From the NCBI GenBank assembly GCA_963791905.1, contig CAWBTX010000008.1, forward strand, positions 6,359-70,358: a DNA stretch of 64,000 bases, given 5' to 3'. The translations under genes and the position numbers were made by a program. This document shows, one piece after another, positions 58,798 through 64,000 of the stretch. How positions within the stretch are numbered: position 1 is the first letter of the stretch; every line of letters starts with the position of its first letter. The DNA comes from an uncultured Gaiellaceae bacterium. GTDB lineage: Bacteria > Actinomycetota > Thermoleophilia > Gaiellales > Gaiellaceae. Below the pieces are notes generated by a model, which was not told where the DNA came from, searched no databases, and was given only the letters and a program-made list of their open reading frames with translations.

Positions 58798-59361
58798 ATG
58801 CGGATCGACCGGAGCTTCTTCGAGCGCAGCGTGCACGCCGTCGCCCCTGACCTCGTCGGCGCGACGCTGCTCGTGGACGGCGCCGGCGGGGTCGTCGTCG
58901 AGGTGGAGGCCTACGACCCGCAGGATCCCGCCGCGCACGGATTTCGCGGCCGCACCGAGCGGAACGCCTCGATGTTCGGGCCCCCCGGCCACGCGTACGT
59001 GTACCGCTCGTACGGCGTCCACTGGTGCCTGAACTTCGTCTGCGAGGAGGCGGGGACGCCCGCCGCGGTCCTGGTTCGCGCCCTCGAGCCGACGGCGGGC
59101 GTCGAACGGATGCGCGAGCGGCGCGGCCTGGAGGAGCCGCGCCTCCTCTGCGCAGGGCCGGGCCGGCTCTGCCAGGCGCTCGGGGTCACGCGCGCACATG
59201 ACGGGCTGCCGCTGGACGAGCCGCCCTTCGAGCTCCTCGCCTCACCAGGCCCGGTCGACGTCGCGGCCGGGCGGCGCGTCGGCATCAGCGTCGCGACCGA
59301 CCTGCCGTGGCGCTACGTGCTCGCGGGCTCCCGTTACCTCAGCCGGCCGCTCAAGCCTTAG
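58798..59361 (+). CDS. DNA-3-methyladenine glycosylase (Mpg/AAG family)
   Basis: [65 protein letters not shown]. Confidence 0.9.
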   Translation: MRIDRSFFERSVHAVAPDLVGATLLVDGAGGVVVEVEAYDPQDPAAHGFRGRTERNASMFGPPGHAYVYRSYGVHWCLNFVCEEAGTPAAVLVRALEPTAGVERMRERRGLEEPRLLCAGPGRLCQALGVTRAHDGLPLDEPPFELLASPGPVDVAAGRRVGISVATDLPWRYVLAGSRYLSRPLKP

Positions 59362-59366
59362 GTGGC

Positions 59367-61808
59367 TCAGCGGGCGACGACGAGGCTGATCTTCATCCCG
59401 GGGGCTGCTGCAAGCCCGGGTTTCGGCCGCTGCTGCAGCACCTTCTCGCGCTTGCCCTCGACCCAGCGGATCTCAGGCTGGAGCTTCAGTCGCGCCAGCC
59501 GTGCCTCCGCGTCGTCGAGGCTCCGGCCCACGAGCTCCGGGATCACGCCGTGCAGCGGCTTCGTCACGATCAGGATGACGCGGTCGAACGGATCCGCGTA
59601 CCCGCGCAGCGGCCGCTGGCCGACGACGACCCCCGCCGGCTCGAGCGGCTCCGCGGGCCGGAACACGAGCTCCGGCGAGAGCGGCTGAGCGTCCATCCTG
59701 GCCTCGGCCTTCGCCAGCGACTGGCCCCGGACGTCCGGGATCTGCACCTCGTCGTCACGGCAGTTGGCGATCGTCGCCGGGCCGAGGCCGGCGAAGTAGA
59801 CGACCTCGCGCCGGCTCGGGCAACGACCGTTGTCCAGCATCAGGCGGTCGCCTCTCGGCGTCATGCGGTGCGACACGAGCTTCGCCTCGGTGTAGAGCGC
59901 GGGCGGGTACGAGAACGACTGCGGCGCCTCCTTCATGTACTTGAGCGCACGTTCCGCGAACGCCTTCCAGATGAGAGCCGGGTAGCTGCCACCCGTGACC
60001 GAGTCGCCGTTGAACTCCGTCAGCATCGGCTTGAGCTCTGTCGGGTACCCCACCCACACGGCCACGACGAGCTGCGGGGTGTAGCCCACGAACCAAGCGT
60101 CGCCGTAGTTCTCCGTCGTGCCCGTCTTGCCCGCGACCGGCCGGTCGTCGAGCTGCGCCCTGACACCGGTTCCCTGGTCGACCACGCGCTGCAGGATCGA
60201 GGTCACGAACGCCGCCTGGCCCGGTGTCAGGACCCGCTTGCCGCGCGGGCGGTTGGCGAGGACGAGGTCGTCCTCCTCGTCGCGGATCTCCTCGATCACA
60301 CGCGGTTGGTTCGCCTGCTTCAGCGAGGTGTCGATCCGGCGGCCGCCGGTCGCGAAGCTCGCATACGCCCGCGCGAGCTCGAGCGGATTGACCTCCTCCG
60401 AGCCCAGCCCGATCGAGTAGACGCCCTCGAGCGGGCTCTGGATGCCGAGGCGTCGGGCCATGTGCGCGACGCGCCCCGAGCCGACGAGCTGCGTCAGCTG
60501 CGCGTAGACGGAGTTGTCGGACTCGATCGTCGCCCGCTCGATGTTCACCGACCCGAAGTAACCGCCCTCGTAGTTGTTGACGACCCAGTAGCGGTCGCCG
60601 AGGTCGATCTCCTGGCGCTCGGAGTCGAACCTCGTCGCCGGAGAGATGCCCTGTCGCAGCGCCTCCGCGAGCACGAACGGCTTGAACGAGGAGCCCGGCT
60701 GCCGCTCGCTCTGGACGGCGAGGTTGAACTGGCTCTTGCGGTAGTTGTTGCCGCCGACCATCGCGCGCACGGCCCCGTCGCGCGGGTCGATCGCCACGAG
60801 CGCCGCGGATGGGCCGTCCGGGTTCGTCAGCCACTTCGAGATCGCCGCCCGCGCCATCGTCTGCAGCTCGAGGTCGATGGTCGTCTTCACCCGGAGGCCG
60901 CCGCCGAAGACCTTCGAGGAGCCGTACTGGTCGATCAGCTGCTGCTTGACGTAGTTGACGAAGTGCTGCGCAGGGCCCTCCGTCCCGGGCAGCCGCACCT
61001 CGTCCGGATCCGGGAGCGGAGCCGAGTCCGCCTCGACGAGCTGCGCGAGCGTGATCTTCTCCTCCGCATACATGGTCTCGAGCACGAGCAGACGCCGGGC
61101 GCGGGCCTGCCGCGGGTTCGTGACCGGGTCGTAGCGCGTCGGGTTCGCGGGGATCCCGGCGAGCAGCGCCGCCTCGGCGATCGTCATCCGCGAGACGCCG
61201 TGGCCGAAGTACGTCCGAGCCGCCTGCTGGACGCCGTAGGCGCCGTTCCCGAAGTAGATCGTGTTCAGGTAGGCCTCGAGGATCCGCTGCTTCGACCAGC
61301 GCTGGTTGAGCTGCCAGGCGAGCGCCGCCTCGCGCACCTTTCGCCCGATCGTGCGCTCGTCGTGGAGGAGGGCGTTCTTGACGAACTGCTGCGTGATCGT
61401 CGAGCCGCCCTCGACGACCTTCTGCTGCCGGATGTCCGACCAGAGCGCGCGCAGGATGCCCCTGACGTCGACGCCGCGGTGCTCCCAGTAGCGCCGGTCC
61501 TCGATCGCGACGATGGCGTGCCGCATCATCGGGTGGATGTCGTCGTAGTCGACGAGCGTCCGCGCCTCGGAACCGCGCAGGACGGCCAGCTCGCGCTTTC
61601 CGGTCGAGTCGTAGATGTAGCCGTTGACCTCCTGCTCGAGCTGCCGGCGCGGGTCGAGCTTCGGGATCTCGCCCGCGATCGCGGTCACCAGACCGAAGCC
61701 GAAGGAAACCGACCCCAGAAGTCCGAGGACGGTCAGCAGTGCAAGGAGGCGAAGCTTGCGAATCCGGCGCGGTCGGCGGCCGGCGCCAGGCTTTCGAAAC
61801 GTCCGCAA
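59367..61808 (-). CDS. class A penicillin-binding protein (glycosyltransferase + transpeptidase) with two C-terminal PASTA domains
   Basis: GT51 motifs are AIEDRRYWEHRGVD and GGSTITQQ. The transpeptidase motifs are SSFKP (SxxK) and KTGTT. The PASTA-like repeats are IPDVRGQSL.. and IPELVGRSLDDAEARL... Confidence 0.9.
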   Translation of the reverse strand: MRTFRKPGAGRRPRRIRKLRLLALLTVLGLLGSVSFGFGLVTAIAGEIPKLDPRRQLEQEVNGYIYDSTGKRELAVLRGSEARTLVDYDDIHPMMRHAIVAIEDRRYWEHRGVDVRGILRALWSDIRQQKVVEGGSTITQQFVKNALLHDERTIGRKVREAALAWQLNQRWSKQRILEAYLNTIYFGNGAYGVQQAARTYFGHGVSRMTIAEAALLAGIPANPTRYDPVTNPRQARARRLLVLETMYAEEKITLAQLVEADSAPLPDPDEVRLPGTEGPAQHFVNYVKQQLIDQYGSSKVFGGGLRVKTTIDLELQTMARAAISKWLTNPDGPSAALVAIDPRDGAVRAMVGGNNYRKSQFNLAVQSERQPGSSFKPFVLAEALRQGISPATRFDSERQEIDLGDRYWVVNNYEGGYFGSVNIERATIESDNSVYAQLTQLVGSGRVAHMARRLGIQSPLEGVYSIGLGSEEVNPLELARAYASFATGGRRIDTSLKQANQPRVIEEIRDEEDDLVLANRPRGKRVLTPGQAAFVTSILQRVVDQGTGVRAQLDDRPVAGKTGTTENYGDAWFVGYTPQLVVAVWVGYPTELKPMLTEFNGDSVTGGSYPALIWKAFAERALKYMKEAPQSFSYPPALYTEAKLVSHRMTPRGDRLMLDNGRCPSRREVVYFAGLGPATIANCRDDEVQIPDVRGQSLAKAEARMDAQPLSPELVFRPAEPLEPAGVVVGQRPLRGYADPFDRVILIVTKPLHGVIPELVGRSLDDAEARLARLKLQPEIRWVEGKREKVLQQRPKPGLAAAPGMKISLVVAR

Positions 61809-61818
61809 GCGGCCAAGT

Positions 61819-63826
61819 TTAGCCCCCGGAAGCCGAGATCACCGCCAGGACGTCGGCGGCGTAGCGCTCCAGCTTCGCCGGCCCGAAGCCCTTCACGCCG
61901 GCGAGATCCCCGTGCGAGCTCGGCTTCACGGCCGCGAGCTCGCGCAGCGTCGCGTCGTGCAGGACGACGTAGGCCGGCACCTCGTCCGACCGCGCACGCT
62001 CGAGGCGCCACGCCCGCAGCCGCTCGAAGAGGCCCTCGTCCGGGCTGGCCGCCGCAGCGGCGCCGATCCGGGGCAGCTCCACGCCCGGAACGCCCCGCAG
62101 TAGCCGGAAACCGTCCTCGCTCTCGAACGACTCGAGCGCGCCGGCGAGCTCCAGCAGCTGGATCCAGCGCTTCACGTCGCTCGGTCCCGCGGCTGCGAGC
62201 ACCCCGAAGTGGCGCGAGCGCTGCGCGGAGCGGGGTGCGCTCAGCGAGCCCCGCAGCATCGCCGCAAGCCCGGTTCGGCCGAGCGGCCAGCGCAGCTCCA
62301 GCACGGCCGTGTGGATCGCGCCCGCGATGTCGTCCGGAAGCGGCGCCGCCTCGATCTCCTCGTCGGCGCCGGCGGCGAGCGGCGCGCAGACGTCGCACAT
62401 CCCGCAGTCGCCGTCGAAGGCCTCGCCGAAGTGCTCGGCCACCTGACGGTGGCGGCAGTCCCGTGTCTCGGCGAACCGCACCAGGCGGTCGGCCCGCCCG
62501 AGCGCCTCGGACTCGTACCGCGCCAGGAGCGCGTCGATGCGGGCGGCTGCGTCCGCCGGTGGCTCGGGCACCTCGACCTGCATCGCGCGGCCGGCGTCGA
62601 AGCCCCGCCGCGCCAGCCCGGCCTGCTCCAGCATCCCGACCAGCACGCGTGGATCGGGTTCCTCGCCGAGCTCCTCCGGGAGCACCTCGCTGCGCCCGCG
62701 CAGCCGCGCGTACACCGCGCGCAGCTCGTCGACCGTGGGGATGTCGGAGCGCGCGAACCGGCGCAGCTGCTGTGCGTCGGCGCGGCTCGCGAGCAGGAGC
62801 GTGTCCGAGGCACGGCCGTCGCGGCCCGCCCTGCCGATCATCTGGACGTAGCTCTCGAGCGACTCGGGATAGTTGTAGAGCGCGACGAGGCGGATGTCCG
62901 GCTTGTCGATCCCCATGCCGAAGGCCGTCGTCGCGACGACCGTCTGGACGCGCCCGTCGATGAACGCCTCCTGCGCAGCCGTGCGCTCCTCCGGCTCGAG
63001 ACCGGCGTGGTAGTGGACGGCGGCGAGATCGTGGACGCGGAGTGTCCGCGCCAGCGACTCGCAGCTCCGCCGTGACCTCGCGTAGACGATCGCCGACGCT
63101 CCGCTGGAGCTCCCGCAACCGCCGCACCAGGACGCGCAGCCGGGCCTCCTCGCCGTCGACGAGCTCGACGTCGTAGCGCAGGTTGGGCCGGACCACGCTC
63201 GTCCGGACCACCTCGGGCTCGCGGCCGAGCGCCGCCGCGATCTCGCGCTCGGTGGCGGGCGTGGCGGTGGCCGTCATGCCGAGGATGGCCGGGCTCGTTC
63301 CACCTCTCTGGGCGAGTGCGTCGAGCGCCCGCCGGATGAAGAGGTAGTCCGGCCGGAAGTCGTGCCCCCACATGCTGACGCAGTGCACCTCGTCGATCAC
63401 GACGAGCCCGATGTCGATCCCGATGATCGACTCGAGGAACGAGCGCTGACGAAGGCGCTCGGGTGCGACGTAGAGCAGCTTGTATCGGCCCTGCGACGCC
63501 TCACGCAGCCGCCGCGCCGCCTCGTCCGGCTCCAGCGAGGAGTTGATCAGCGTCGACTGCTCGGCCACGGCCGGCGGCAGCTTGTCGAGCTGGTCTTTCA
63601 TCAGCGCGATCAGCGGCGAGAGCACGAGCGTCGGCGTCGGCCGCAGCATGGCCGCGAGCTGGTAGGTCAGCGACTTGCCGGAGCCGGTCGGCATCAGGGC
63701 GAGCGTGTCGCGGCCCTCGACGGCTGCGCGGACGACCCGCTCCTGCCCGGGCCTGAACTCAGGGAAGCCGAACAGGCGCTGCAGCGCGGGGACGAGCTCG
63801 CTCACGCGAACGAGTGTACGGAGCAC
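61819..63826 (-). CDS. recQ: ATP-dependent DNA helicase RecQ, frame broken at about 63097
   Basis: FGFPEFRPGQERVV, MPTGSGKSL, DEVHCVSMWGHDFRPDY and MTATAT are helicase motifs. After a +1 shift the protein continues SAIVYARSRRSCESLA..VVATTAFGMGIDKPDIRLV..QMIGRAGRDG. A Zn/RQC region (CRHRQV..CGMCDVC) and a C-terminal HRDC domain follow. Confidence 0.88.
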
Positions 63827-63879
63827 ATCGGCGCACCTTCGTCACGCGCCAGTAACGAATCAGCGCAGTGACGAACGAG

Positions 63880-64000
63880 CTACGTGGACGTGCTGAAGAG
63901 TGGGGCGGTGCTGGGCGCGTCGAGGCCGCCGTCGGGCTCGAGCGTGACCGCGACCTGCTGCCCCGGCTCGACGGGCCGTGTGAGCACCGCGACGCCCGGC
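63880..64000 (-). CDS. 3' end of a gene entering from beyond the window (possibly RskA-like anti-sigma C-terminus)
   Basis: The minus frame reads ..PGVAVLTRPVEPGQQVAVTLEPDGGLDAPSTAPLFSTST-stop. The VAVTLEP-GG pattern recalls RskA C-terminal domains. Only 40 codons are visible. Confidence 0.3.
   Translation of the reverse strand, partial: PGVAVLTRPVEPGQQVAVTLEPDGGLDAPSTAPLFSTST

Overview
This is a gene-dense, very GC-rich window (about 70% by eye, with strong GC3 codon bias). The sequence looks like it comes from an Actinomycetota-like bacterium; that taxonomy is inference only. I found no rRNA, CRISPR array, transposase or integrase.

I support about 60 protein genes, one tRNA-Cys(GCA), several hairpin terminators and a few repeats.

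- Housekeeping genes: folD, cspA, gatCAB, serA with a class-V aminotransferase, ilvE, typA/bipA, a class A PBP, recQ, a 3-methyladenine glycosylase and corA.
- Accessory genes:
  - a sugar-type ABC transporter translationally coupled to a PhyH dioxygenase and an amidase
  - an RTX-like Ca-binding repeat protein beside an ECF sigma/anti-sigma pair
  - a LAL-type LuxR regulator with an alpha/beta hydrolase, an animal-type haem peroxidase, RidA and an acyl-CoA synthetase
  - a PilB/GspE-type ATPase next to a degenerate GGDEF protein
  - a ParB/Srx-fold protein
  - a two-domain FtsX permease with no ATPase partner

Two observations stand out.

1. A minus-strand five-gene operon (41325..45229) contains an orphan class-I-type HMG-CoA reductase, a ferritin-like di-iron protein, a PaaI thioesterase, an APH-fold kinase and an unknown protein. 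No other mevalonate-pathway gene is in the window. This is my best candidate for an undescribed small-molecule pathway.
2. At least 13 single-base frame disruptions hit 11 otherwise well-conserved genes, including two in the normally essential gatB. This points to assembly indel errors rather than gene decay. It also explains the chimeric long ORFs in the six-frame track.

Many long ORFs in the track are antisense or off-frame artefacts of the high GC content.
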